From NCBI GenBank assembly GCA_964016885.1, contig OZ024740.1, forward strand, positions 21,080,001 through 21,144,000: 64,000 nucleotides of DNA, in the 5' to 3' direction. The translations under genes and the position numbers were made by a program. Every line of letters begins with the position of its first letter. Positions within the stretch are counted from its first letter, which is position 1. Of the stretch, positions 29,478-44,194 are shown one piece after another. This DNA comes from Eledone cirrhosa (taxonomy: Eukaryota). Under the pieces are notes generated by a model. It did not search any database, was not told where the DNA came from, and worked only from the letters and a program-made list of their open reading frames with translations.

Positions 29478-29564
29478 TGCGTAATGTAGTCCAAGATATA
29501 CTGTCTGATAATATCACATTGAAAGAAGGAATGGTACATTGTCTAATGTAGTCCAAGATATACT
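29478..29564 (-). repeat. 87-bp inverted segment #14 (TGCGT)
   Basis: Same breakpoints. Confidence 0.97.
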
Positions 29565-31151
29565 ATGTACCATTCCTTCTTTCAATGTCATATTATCAGA
29601 CAGTATATCTTCGACTACAATAGACAATGTACCATTCCTACTTTCAATGTGATATTAACAGACAGTATATCTTGGACTACATTAGACAATGTACCATTCC
29701 TTCTTTCAATGTGATATTATCAGACAGTATATCATGGACTACATTATACAATGTACCATTCCTTCTTTCAATGTTATATTATCAGACTGTATATCTTGGA
29801 CTACATTAGACAATATACCATTCCTTCTTTCAACGTGATATTATCAGACAGTATATCTTGGACTACATTAGACAATGTACCATTCCTTCTTTCAATGTGA
29901 TATTATCAGACAGTATATCTTGGACTGCATTAGACAATGTACCATTCCTTCGTTCAAGGTGATATTATCAGACAGTATATCTTGGACTACACTAGACAAT
30001 GTACCATTCCTTCTTTCAAGGTGATATTATCAGACAGTATATCTTGGACTAAATTAGACAATGTACCATTCCTTCTTTCAATGTCATATTATCAGACAGT
30101 ATATCTTGGACTTCATTAGACAATATACCATTCCTTCTTTCAATGTGATATTATCAGACAGTATATCTTGGACTACATTAGACAATGTACCATTCCTTCT
30201 TTCAAGGTGATATTATCAGACAGTATATCTTGGACTACATTAGACAATGTACCATTCCTTCTTTCAAGGTGATATTATCAGACAGTATATCTTGGACTAC
30301 ATTAGACAATGTACCATTCCTTCTTTCAAGGTGATATTATCAGAGAGTATATCTTGGACTACATTAGACAATGTACCATTCCTTCTTTCAATGTTATATT
30401 ATCAGACAGTATATCTTCGACTACATTAGACAATATACCATTCCTTCTTTCAATGTGATATTATCAGACAGTATATCTTGGACAACATTAGACAATGTAC
30501 CATTCTTTCTTTCAAGGTGATATTATCAGACAGTATATCTTGGACTACAATAGACAATGTACCATTCCTACTTTCAATGTGATATTATCAGACAGTATAT
30601 CTTTGACTACATTAGACAATGTACCATTCCTTCTTTCAATGTGATATTATCAGATAGTATATCATGGACTACATTATACAATGTACCATTCCTTCTTTCA
30701 ATGTTATATTATCAGACTGTATATCTTGGACTACATTAGACAATATACCATTCCTTCTTTCAATGTGATATTATCAGACAGTATATCTTGGACTACATTA
30801 GACAATGTACCATTCCTTCTTTCAATGTGATATTATCAGACAGTATATCTTGGACTACATTATACAATGTACCATTCCTTCTTTCAATGTTATATTATCA
30901 GACTGTATATCCTGGACTACATTAGACAATATACCATTCCTTCTTTCAATGTGATATTATCAGACAGTATATCTTGGACTACATTAGACAATGTATCGTT
31001 CCTTCTTTCAATGTGATATTATCAGACAGTATATCTTGGACTACATTAGACAATGTTCCATTCCTTCTTTCAATGTGATATTATCAGACAGTGTATCTTG
31101 GACTACATTAGACAATGTACCATTCCTTCTGTCAATGTGATATTATCAGAC

Positions 31152-31238
31152 TGTCTAATGTAGTCCAAGATATACTGTCTGATAATATCACATTGAAAGA
31201 AGGAATGGTACATTGTCTAATGTAGTCCAAGTTATACT
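31152..31238 (-). repeat. 87-bp inverted segment #15 (TGTCT; CAAGTTATAC)
   Basis: Same breakpoints. Confidence 0.97.
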
Positions 31239-32453
31239 ATGTACCATTCCTTCTTTCAATGTCATATTATCAGACAGTATATCTTCGACTACATTAGACA
31301 ATGTACCATTCCTTCTTTCAATGTGATATTATCAAACAGTATATCTTGGACTACATTAGACAATGTATCGTTCCTTCTTTCAATGTGATATTATCAGACA
31401 GTATATCTTGGACTACATTAGACAATGTACCATTTCTTCTTTCAATGTGATATTATCAGACAGTATATCTTGGACTGCATTAGACAATGTACCATTCCTT
31501 CTTTCAAGGTGATATTATCAGACAGTATATCTTGGACTACACTAGACAATGAACCATTCCTTCTTTCAAGGTGATATTATCAGACAGTATATCTTGGACT
31601 AAATTAGACAATGTACCATTCCTTCTTTCAATGTCAAATTATCAGACAGTATATCTTGGACTTCATTAGACAATATACCATTCCTTCTCTCAATGTGATA
31701 TTATCAGACAGTATATCTTGGACTACATTAGACAATGTACCATTCCTTCTTTCAAGGTGATATTATCAGACAGTATATCTTGGACTACATAAGACAATGT
31801 ACCATTCCTTCTTTCAATGTTATATTATCAGAGAGTATATCTTCGACTACATTAGACAATATACCATTCCTTCTTTCAATGTGATATTATCAGACAGTAT
31901 ATCTTGGACAACATTCGACAATGTACCATTCTTTCTTTCAAGGTGATATTATCAGACAGTATATCTTGGACTACAATGGACAATGTACCATTCCTACTTT
32001 CAATGTGATATTAACAGACAGTATATCTTGGACTACATTAGACAATGTACCATTCCTTCTTTCAATGTGATATTATCAGACAGTATATCATGGACTACAT
32101 TATACAATGTACCATTCCTTCTTTCAATGTTATATTATCAGACTGTATATCTTGGACTACATTAGACAATATACCATTCCTTCTTTCAATGTGATATTAT
32201 CAGACAGTATATCTTGGACTACATTAGACAATGTACCATTCCTTCTTTCAATGTGATATTATCAGACAGTATATCTTGGACTACATTAGACAATGTACCA
32301 TTCCTTCTTTCAATGGGATATTATCAGACAGTATATCTTGGACTACATTAGACAATGTACCATTTCTTCTTTCAAGTTGATATTATCAGACAGTATATCT
32401 TGCACTACATTAGACAATGTACCATTCCTTCTGTCAATGTGATATTATCAGAC

Positions 32454-32540
32454 TGCCTAATGTAGTCCAAGATATACTGTCTGATAATATCACATTGAAA
32501 GAAGGAATGGTACATTGTCTAATGTAGTCCAAGATATACT
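32454..32540 (-). repeat. 87-bp inverted segment #16 (TGCCT)
   Basis: Same breakpoints. Confidence 0.97.
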
Positions 32541-33445
32541 ATGTACCATTCCTTCTTTCAATGTCATATTATCAGAAAGTATATCTTCGACTACAATAGA
32601 CAATGTACCATTCCTACTTTCAATGTGATATTAACAGACAGTATAACTTGGACTACATTAGACAATGTACCATTCCTTCTTTCAATGTGATATTATCAGA
32701 CAGTATATCATGGACTACATTATACAATGTACCATTCCTTCTTTCAATGTTATATTATCAGACTGTATATCTTGGACTACATTAGACAATATACCATTCC
32801 TTCTTTCAATGTGATATTATCAGACAGTATATCTTGGACTACATTAGACAATGTACCATTCCTTCTTTCAATGTGATATTATCAGACAGTATATCTTGGA
32901 CTGCATTAGACAATGTACCATTCCTTCGTTCAAGGTGATATTATCAGACAGTATATCTTGCACTACACTAGACAATGTACCATTCCTTCTTTCAAGGTGA
33001 TATTATCAGACAGTATATCTTGGACTAAATTAGACAATGTACCATTCCTTCTTTCAATGTCATATTATCAGACTGTATATCTTGGACTACATTAGACAAT
33101 ATACCATTCCTTCTTTCAATGTGATATTATCAGACAGTATATCTTGGACTACATTAGACAATGTACCATTCCTTCTTTCAATGTGATATTATCAGACAGT
33201 ATATCTTGGACTACATTAGACAATGTACCATTCCTTCTTTCAATGTGATATTATCAGACAGTATATCTTGGACTACATTAGACAATGTACCATTCCTTCT
33301 TTCAATGGGATATTATCAGACAGTATATCTTGGAATACATTAGACAATGTACCATTTCTTCTTTCAAGTTGATATTATCAGACAGTATATCTTGGACTAC
33401 ATTAGACAATGTACCATTCCTTCTGTCAATGTGATATTATCAGAC

Positions 33446-33532
33446 TGCCTAATGTAGTCCAAGATATACTGTCTGATAATATCACATTGAAAGAAGGAAT
33501 GGTACATTGTCTAATGTAGTCCAAGATATACT
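33446..33532 (-). repeat. 87-bp inverted segment #17 (TGCCT)
   Basis: Same breakpoints. Confidence 0.97.
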
Positions 33533-35986
33533 ATGTACCATTCCTTCTTTCAATGTCATATTATCAGACAGTATATCTTCGACTACAATAGACAATGTAC
33601 CATTCCTACTTTCAATGTGATATTAACAGACAGTATATCTTGGACTACATTAGACAATGTACCATTCCTTCTTTCAATGTGATATTATCAGACAGTATAT
33701 CATGGACTACATTATACAATGTACCATTCCTTCTTTCAATGTTATATTATCAGACTGTATATCTTGGACTACATTAGACAATATACCATTCCTTCTTTCA
33801 ATGTGATATTATCAGACAGTATATCTTGGACTACATTAGACAATGTACCATTCCTTCTTTCAATGTGATATTATCAGACAGTATATCTTGGACTTCATTA
33901 GACAATGTACCATTCCTTCGTTCAAGGTGATATTATCAGACAGTATATCTTGGACTACACTAGACAATGTACCATTCCTTCTTTCAAGGTGATATTATCA
34001 GACAGTATATCTTGGACTAAATTAGACAATGTACCATTCCTTCTTTCAATGTCATATTATCAGACAGTATATCTTGGACTTCATTTGACAATATACCATT
34101 CCTTCTTTCAATGTGATATTATCAGACAGTATATCTTGGACTACATTAGACAATGTACCATTCCTTCTTTCAAGGTGATATTATCAGACAGTATATCTTG
34201 GACTACATTAGGCAATGTACCATTCCTTCTTTCAAGGTGATATTATCAGACAGTATATCTTGGACTACATTAGACAATGTACCATTCCTTCTTTCAAGGT
34301 GATATTATCAGACAGTATATCTTGGACTACATTAGACAATGTACCATTCCTTCTTTCAATGTTATATTATCAGACAGTATAAATTCGACTACATTAGACA
34401 ATATACCATTCCTTCTTTCAATGTGATATTATCAGACAGTATATCTTGGACAACATTAGACAATGTACCATTCTTTCTTTCAAGGTGATATTATCAGACA
34501 GTATATCTTGGACTACAATAGACAATGTACCATTCCTACTTTCAATGTGATATTATCAGACAGTATATCTTGGACTACATTAGACAATGTACCATTCCTT
34601 CTTTCAATGTGATATTATCAGACAGTATATCATGGACTACATTATACAATGTACCATTCCTTCTTTCAATGTTATATTATCAGACTGTATATCTTGGACT
34701 ACATTAGACAATATACCATTCCTTCTTTCAATGTGATATTATCAGACAGTATATCATGGACTACATTAGACAATGTAGCATTCCTTCTTTCAATGTGATA
34801 TTATCAGACAGTATATCTTGGACTACATTATACAATGTACCATTCCTTCTTTCAATGTTATATTATCAGACTGTATATCTTGGACTACATTAGACAATAT
34901 ACCATTCCTTCTTTCAATGTGATATTATCAGACAGTATATCTTGGACTACATTAGAAAATGTATCGTTCCTTCTTTCAATGTGATATTATCAGACAGTAT
35001 ACCTTGGACTACATTAGACAATATACCATTCCTTCTTTCAATGTGATATTATCAGACAGTATATATTGGACTACATTAGACAATGTACCATTCCTTCTTT
35101 CAAGGTGATATTATCAGACAGTATATCTTGGACTACATTAGACAATGTACCATTCCTTCTATCAAAGTGATATTATCAGACAGTATATCTTGGACTACAT
35201 TAGACAATGTACCATTCCTTCTTTCAAGGTGATATTATCAGACAGTATATCTTGGACTACATTAGACAATGTACCATTCCTTCTTTCAATGTTATATTAT
35301 CAGACAGTATATCTTCGACTACATTAGACAATATACCATTCCTTCTTTCAATGTGATATTATCAGACAGTATATCTTGGACAACATTAGACAATGTACCA
35401 TTCTTTCTTTCAAGGTGATATTATCAGACAGTATATCTTGGACTACAATAGACAATGTACCATTCCTACTTATATGTGATATTAACAGACAGTATATCTT
35501 GGACTACATTAGACAATGTACCATTCCTTCTTTCAATGTGATATTATCAGACAGTATATCTTGGACTACATTAGACAATGTACCATTCCTTCTTTCAATG
35601 TGATATTATCAGACAGTATATCATGGACTACATTATACAATGTACCATTCCTTCTTTCAATGTTATATTATCAGACTGTATATCTTGGACTACATTAGAC
35701 AATATACCATTCCTTCTTTCAATGTGATATTATCAGACAGTATATCTTGGACTACATTAGACAATGTACCATTCCTTCTTTCAATGTGATATTATCAGAC
35801 AGTATATCTTGGACTACATTAGACAATGTACCATTCCTTCTTTCAATGGGATATTATCAGACAGTATAACTTGGACTACATTAGACAATGTACCATTTCT
35901 TCTTTCAAGTTGATATTATCAGACAGTATATCTTGGACTACATTAGACAATGTACCATTCCTTCTTTCAATGTGATATTATCAGAC

Positions 35987-36073
35987 TGCGTAATGTAGTC
36001 CAAGATATACTGTCTGATAATATCACATTGAAAGAAGGAATGGTACATTGTCTAATGTAGTCCAAGATATACT
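35987..36073 (-). repeat. 87-bp inverted segment #18 (TGCGT)
   Basis: Same breakpoints. Confidence 0.97.
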
Positions 36074-37907
36074 ATGTACCATTCCTTCTTTCAATGTCAT
36101 ATTATCAGACAGTATATCTTCGACTACAATAGACAATGTACCATTCCTACTTTCAATGTGATATTAACAGACAGTATATCTTGGACTACATTAGACAATG
36201 TACCATTCCTTCTTTCAATGTGATATTATCAGACAGTATATCATGGACTACATTATACAATGTACCATTCCTTCTTTCAATGTTATATTATCAGACTGTA
36301 TATCTTGGACTACATTAGACAATATACCATTCCTTCTTTCAACGTGATATTATCAGACAGTATATCTTGGACTACATTAGACAATGTACCATTCCTTCTT
36401 TCAATGTGATATTATCAGACAGTATATCTTGGACAACATTAGACAATGTACCATTCTTTCTTTCAAGGTGATATTATCAGACAGTATATCTTGGACTACA
36501 ATAGACAATGTACCATTCCTACTTTCAATGTGATATTATCAGACAGTATATCTTGGACTACATTAGACAATGTACCATTCCTTCTTTCAATGTGATATTA
36601 TCAGACAGTATATCATGGACTACATTATACAATGTACCATTCCTTCTTTCAATGTTATATTATCAGACTGTATATCTTGGACTACATTAGACAATATACC
36701 ATTCCTTCTTTCAATGTGATATTATCAGACAGTATATCATGGACTACATTAGACAATGTAGCATTCCTTCTTTCAATGTGATATTATCAGACAGTATATC
36801 TTGGACTACATTATACAATGTACCATTCCTTCTTTCAATGTTATATTATCAGACTGTATATCTTGGACTACATTAGACAATATACCATTCCTTCTTTCAA
36901 TGTGATATTATCAGACAGTATATCTTGGACTACATTAGAAAATGTATCGTTCCTTCTTTCAATGTGATATTATCAGACAGTATACCTTGGACTACATTAG
37001 ACAATATACCATTCCTTCTTTCAATGTGATATTATCAGACAGTATATATTGGACTACATTAGACAATGTACCATTCCTTCTTTCAAGGTGATATTATCAG
37101 ACAGTATATCTTGGACTACATTAGACAATGTACCATTCCTTCTATCAAAGTGATATTATCAGACAGTATATCTTGGACTACATTAGACAATGTACCATTC
37201 CTTCTTTCAAGGTGATATTATCAGACAGTATATCTTGGACTACATTAGACAATGTACCATTCCTTCTTTCAATGTTATATTATCAGACAGTATATCTTCG
37301 ACTACATTAGACAATATACCATTCCTTCTTTCAATGTGATATTATCAGACAGTATATCTTGGACAACATTAGACAATGTACCATTCTTTCTTTCAAGGTG
37401 ATATTATCAGACAGTATATCTTGGACTACAATAGACAATGTACCATTCCTACTTATATGTGATATTAACAGACAGTATATCTTGGACTACATTAGACAAT
37501 GTACCATTCCTTCTTTCAATGTGATATTATCAGACAGTATATCTTGGACTACATTAGACAATGTACCATTCCTTCTTTCAATGTGATATTATCAGACAGT
37601 ATATCATGGACTACATTATACAATGTACCATTCCTTCTTTCAATGTTATATTATCAGACTGTATATCTTGGACTACATTAGACAATATACCATTCCTTCT
37701 TTCAATGTGATATTATCAGACAGTATATCTTGGACTACATTAGACAATGTACCATTCCTTCTTTCAATGGGATATTATCAGACAGTATAACTTGGACTAC
37801 ATTAGACAATGTACCATTTCTTCTTTCAAGTTGATATTATCAGACAGTATATCTTGGACTACATTAGACAATGTACCATTCCTTCTTTCAATGTGATATT
37901 ATCAGAC

Positions 37908-37994
37908 TGCGTAATGTAGTCCAAGATATACTGTCTGATAATATCACATTGAAAGAAGGAATGGTACATTGTCTAATGTAGTCCAAGATATACT
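37908..37994 (-). repeat. 87-bp inverted segment #19 (TGCGT)
   Basis: Same breakpoints. Confidence 0.97.
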
Positions 37995-39581
37995 ATGTAC
38001 CATTCCTTCTTTCAATGTCATATTATCAGACAGTATATCTTCGACTACAATAGACAATGTACCATTCCTACTTTCAATGTGATATTAACAGACAGTATAT
38101 CTTGGACTACATTAGACAATGTACCATTCCTTCTTTCAATGTGATATTATCAGACAGTATATCATGGACTACATTATACAATGTACCATTCCTTCTTTCA
38201 ATGTTATATTATCAGACTGTATATCTTGGACTACATTAGACAATATACCATTCCTTCTTTCAACGTGATATTATCAGACAGTATATCTTGGACTACATTA
38301 GACAATGTACCATTCCTTCTTTCAATGTGATATTATCAGACAGTATATCTTGGACTGCATTAGACAATGTACCATTCCTTCGTTCAAGGTGATATTATCA
38401 GACAGTATATCTTGGACTACACTAGACAATGTACCATTCCTTCTTTCAAGGTGATATTATCAGACAGTATATCTTGGACTAAATTAGACAATGTACCATT
38501 CCTTCTTTCAATGTCATATTATCAGACAGTATATCTTGGACTTCATTAGACAATATACCATTCCTTCTTTCAATGTGATATTATCAGACAGTATATCTTG
38601 GACTACATTAGACAATGTACCATTCCTTCTTTCAAGGTGATATTATCAGACAGTATATCTTGGACTACATTAGACAATGTACCATTCCTTCTTTCAAGGT
38701 GATATTATCAGACAGTATATCTTGGACTACATTAGACAATGTACCATTCCTTCTTTCAAGGTGATATTATCAGAGAGTATATCTTGGACTACATTAGACA
38801 ATGTACCATTCCTTCTTTCAATGTTATATTATCAGACAGTATATCTTCGACTACATTAGACAATATACCATTCCTTCTTTCAATGTGATATTATCAGACA
38901 GTATATCTTGGACAACATTAGACAATGTACCATTCTTTCTTTCAAGGTGATATTATCAGACAGTATATCTTGGACTACAATAGACAATGTACCATTCCTA
39001 CTTTCAATGTGATATTATCAGACAGTATATCTTTGACTACATTAGACAATGTACCATTCCTTCTTTCAATGTGATATTATCAGATAGTATATCATGGACT
39101 ACATTATACAATGTACCATTCCTTCTTTCAATGTTATATTATCAGACTGTATATCTTGGACTACATTAGACAATATACCATTCCTTCTTTCAATGTGATA
39201 TTATCAGACAGTATATCTTGGACTACATTAGACAATGTACCATTCCTTCTTTCAATGTGATATTATCAGACAGTATATCTTGGACTACATTATACAATGT
39301 ACCATTCCTTCTTTCAATGTTATATTATCAGACTGTATATCCTGGACTACATTAGACAATATACCATTCCTTCTTTCAATGTGATATTATCAGACAGTAT
39401 ATCTTGGACTACATTAGACAATGTATCGTTCCTTCTTTCAATGTGATATTATCAGACAGTATATCTTGGACTACATTAGACAATGTTCCATTCCTTCTTT
39501 CAATGTGATATTATCAGACAGTGTATCTTGGACTACATTAGACAATGTACCATTCCTTCTGTCAATGTGATATTATCAGAC

Positions 39582-39668
39582 TGTCTAATGTAGTCCAAGA
39601 TATACTGTCTGATAATATCACATTGAAAGAAGGAATGGTACATTGTCTAATGTAGTCCAAGTTATACT
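39582..39668 (-). repeat. 87-bp inverted segment #20 (TGTCT; CAAGTTATAC)
   Basis: Same breakpoints, last TGTCT allele in the window. Confidence 0.97.
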
Positions 39669-41007
39669 ATGTACCATTCCTTCTTTCAATGTCATATTAT
39701 CAGACAGTATATCTTCGACTACATTAGACAATGTACCATTCCTTCTTTCAATGTGATATTATCAAACAGTATATCTTGGACTACATTAGACAATGTATCG
39801 TTCCTTCTTTCAATGTGATATTATCAGACAGTATATCTTGGACTACATTAGACAATGTACCATTTCTTCTTTCAATGTGATATTATCAGACAGTATATCT
39901 TGGACTGCATTAGACAATGTACCATTCCTTCTTTCAAGGTGATATTATCAGACAGTATATCTTGGACTACACTAGACAATGAACCATTCCTTCTTTCAAG
40001 GTGATATTATCAGACAGTATATCTTGGACTAAATTAGACAATGTACCATTCCTTCTTTCAATGTCATATTATCAGACAGTATATCTTGGACTTCATTAGA
40101 CAATATACCATTCCTTCTCTCAATGTGATATTATCAGACAGTATATCTTGGACTACATTAGACAATGTACCATTCCTTCTTTCAAGGTGATATTATCAGA
40201 CAGTATATCTTGGACTACATTAGACAATGTACCATTCCTTCTTTCAAGGTGATATTATCAGACAGTATATCTTGGACTACATTAGACAATGTACCATTCC
40301 TTATTTCAAGGTGATATTATCAGACAGTATATCTTGGACTACATAAGACAATGTACCATTCCTTCTTTCAATGTTATATTATCAGAGAGTATATCTTCGA
40401 CTACATTAGACAATATACCATTCCTTCTTTCAATGTGATATTATCAGACAGTATATCTTGGACAACATTCGACAATGTACCATTCTTTCTTTCAAGGTGA
40501 TATTATCAGACAGTATATCTTGGACTACAATGGACAATGTACCATTCCTACTTTCAATGTGATATTAACAGACAGTATATCTTGGACTACATTAGACAAT
40601 GTACCATTCCTTCTTTCAATGTGATATTATCAGACAGTATATCATGGACTACATTATACAATGTACCATTCCTTCTTTCAATGTTATATTATCAGACTGT
40701 ATATCTTGGACTACATTAGACAATATACCATTCCTTCTTTCAATGTGATATTATCAGACAGTATATCTTGGACTACATTAGACAATGTACCATTCCTTCT
40801 TTCAATGTGATATTATCAGACAGTATATCTTGGACTACATTAGACAATGTACCATTCCTTCTTTCAATGGGATATTATCAGACAGTATATCTTGGACTAC
40901 ATTAGACAATGTACCATTTCTTCTTTCAAGTTGATATTATCAGACAGTATATCTTGCACTACATTAGACAATGTACCATTCCTTCTGTCAATGTGATATT
41001 ATCAGAC

Positions 41008-41094
41008 TGCCTAATGTAGTCCAAGATATACTGTCTGATAATATCACATTGAAAGAAGGAATGGTACATTGTCTAATGTAGTCCAAGATATACT
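41008..41094 (-). repeat. 87-bp inverted segment #21 (TGCCT)
   Basis: Same breakpoints. Confidence 0.97.
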
Positions 41095-43425
41095 ATGTAC
41101 CATTCCTTCTTTCAATGTCATATTATCAGAAAGTATATCTTCGACTACAATAGACAATGTACCATTCCTACTTTCAATGTGATATTAACAGACAGTATAA
41201 CTTGGACTACATTAGACCATGTACCATTCCTTCTTTCAATGTGATATTATCAGACAGTATATCATGGACTACATTATACAATGTACCATTCCTTCTTTCA
41301 ATGTTATATTATCAGACTGTATATCTTGGACTACATTAGACAATATACCATTCCTTCTTTCAATGTGATATTATCAGACAGTATATCTTGGACTACATTA
41401 GACAATGTACCATTCCTTCTTTCAATGTGATATTATCAGACAGTATATCTTGGACTGCATTAGACAATGTACCATTCCTTCGTTCAAGGTGATATTATCA
41501 GACAGTATATCTTGGACTACACTAGACAATGTACCATTCCTTCTTTCAAGGTGATATTATCAGACAGTATATCTTGGACTAAATTAGACAATGTACCATT
41601 CCTTCTTTCAATGTCATATTATCAGACAGTATATCTTGGACTTCATTAGACAATATACCATTCCTTCTTTCAATGTGATATTATCAGACAGTATATCTTG
41701 GACTACATTAGACAATGTACCATTCCTTCTTTCAAGGTGATATTATCAGACAGTATATCTTGGACTACATTAGACAATGTACCATTCCTTCTTTCACGGT
41801 GATATTATCAGACAGTATATCTTGGACTACATTAGACAATGTACCATTCCTTCTTTCAAGGTGATATTATCAGACAGTATATCTTGGACTACATTAGACA
41901 ATGTACCATTCCTTCTTTCAATGTTATATTATCAGACAGTATATCTTCGACTACATTAGACAATATACCATTCCTTCTTTCAATGTGATATTATCAGACA
42001 GTATATCTTGGACAACATTAGACAATGTACCATTCTTTCTTTCAAGGTGATATTATCAGACAGTATATCTTGGACTACAATAGACAATGTACCATTCCTA
42101 CTTTCAATGTGATATTATCAGACAGTATATCTTGGACTACATTAGACAATGTACCATTCCTTCTTTCAATGTGATATTATAAGACAGTATATCATGGACT
42201 ACATTATACAATGTACCATTCCTTCTTTCAATGTTATATTATCAGACTGTATATCTTGGACTACATTAGACAATATACCATTCCTTCTTTCAATGTGATA
42301 TTATCAGACAGTATATCTTGGACTACATTAGACAATGTAGCATTCCTTCTTTCAATGTGATATTATCAGACAGTATATCTTGGACTACATTATACAATGT
42401 ACCATTCCTTCTTTCAATGTTATATTATCAGACAGTATATCTTGGACTACATTAGTCAATATACCATTCCTTCTTTCAATGTGATATTATCAGACAGTAT
42501 ATCTTGGACTACATTAGACAATGTATCGTTCCTTCTTTCAATGTGATATTATCAGACAGTATATCTTGGACTACAATAGACAATGTACCATTCCTACTTT
42601 CAATGTGATATTAACAGACAGTATATCTTGGACTACATTAGACAATGTACCATTCCTTCTTTCAATGTGATATTATCAGACAGTATATCTTGGACTACAT
42701 TTGACAATGTACCATTCCTTCTTTCAATGTTATATTATCAGACAGTATATCTTCGACTACATTAGACAATATACCATTCCTTCTTTCAATGTGATATTAT
42801 CAGACAGTATATATTGGACAACATTCGACAATGTACCATTCTTTCTTTCAAGGTGATACTAACAGACAGTATATCTTGGACTACAATAGACAATGTACCA
42901 TTCCTACTTTCAATGTGATATTAACAGACAGTATATCTTGGACTACATTAGACAATGTACCATTCCTTCTTTCAATGTGATATTATCAGACAGTATATCT
43001 TGGACTACATTAGACAATGTACCATTCCTTCTTTCAATGTGATATTATCAGACAGTATATCATGGACTACATTATACAATGTACCATTCCTTCTTTCAAT
43101 GTTATATTATCAGACTGTATATCTTGGACTACATTTGACAATATACCATTCCTTCTTTCAATGTGATATTATCAGACAGTATATCTTGGACTACATTAGA
43201 CAATGTACCATTCCTTCTTTCAATGTGATATTATCAGACAGTATATCTTGGACTACATTAGACAATGTTCCATTCCTTCTTTCAATGGGATATTATCAGA
43301 CAGTATATCTTGGACTACATTAGACAATGTACCATTTCTTCTTTCAAGTTGATATTATCAGACAGTATATCTTGGACTACATTAGACAATGTACCATTCC
43401 TTCTTTCAATGTGATATTATCAGAC

Positions 43426-43512
43426 TGCGTAATGTAGTCCAAGATATACTGTCTGATAATATCACATTGAAAGAAGGAATGGTACATTGTCTAATGTAGT
43501 CCAAGATATACT
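43426..43512 (-). repeat. 87-bp inverted segment #22 (TGCGT)
   Basis: Same breakpoints. Confidence 0.97.
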
Positions 43513-44107
43513 ATGTACCATTCCTTCTTTCAATGTCATATTATCAGACAGTATATCTTCGACTACAATAGACAATGTACCATTCCTACTTTCAATATGA
43601 TATTAACAGACAGTATATCTTGGACTACATTAGACAATGTACCATTCCTTCCTTCAATGTGATATTATCAGACAGTATATCATGGACTACATTATACAAT
43701 GTACCATTCCTTCTTTCAATGTTATATTATCAGACTGTATATCTTGGACTACATTAGACAATATACCATTCCTTCTTTCAATGTGATATTATCAGACAGT
43801 ATATCTTGGACTACATTAGACAATGTACCATTCCTTCTTTCAATGTGATATTATCAGACGGTATATCTTGGACTGCATTAGACAATGTACCATTCCTTCG
43901 TTCAAGGTGATATTATCAGACAGTATATCTTGGACTACACTAGACAATGTACCATTCCTTCTTTCAAGGTGATATTATCAGACAGTATATCTTGGACTAC
44001 ATTAGACAATGTACCATTCCTTCTTTCAATGTGATATTATCAGACAGTGTATCTTGCACTACATTAGACAATGTACCATTCCTTCTGTCAATGTGATATT
44101 ATCAGAC

Positions 44108-44194
44108 TGCCTAATGTAGTCCAAGATATACTGTCTGATAATATCACATTGAAAGAAGGAATGGTACATTGTCTAATGTAGTCCAAGATATACA
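44108..44194 (-). repeat. 87-bp inverted segment #23 (TGCCT; right end GATATACA)
   Basis: Same left breakpoint, altered right junction. Confidence 0.96.

Larger units (their letters stand above)
27643..30860 (+). repeat. Two tandem copies of a 26-monomer (1,612 bp) unit
   Basis: Inversions 27866/29478 and ORF echoes 28015/29627, 28325/29937, 28635/30247, 28945/30557. Confidence 0.9.
34410..38330 (+). repeat. Tandem duplication of about 32 monomers (1,983 bp offset, includes a 1-bp deletion)
   Basis: 34525/36508, 35145/37128, 35376/37359. The shared indel CTACTTATATG is at about 35472 and 37455. The second copy lacks one monomer near 37745. Confidence 0.85.
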
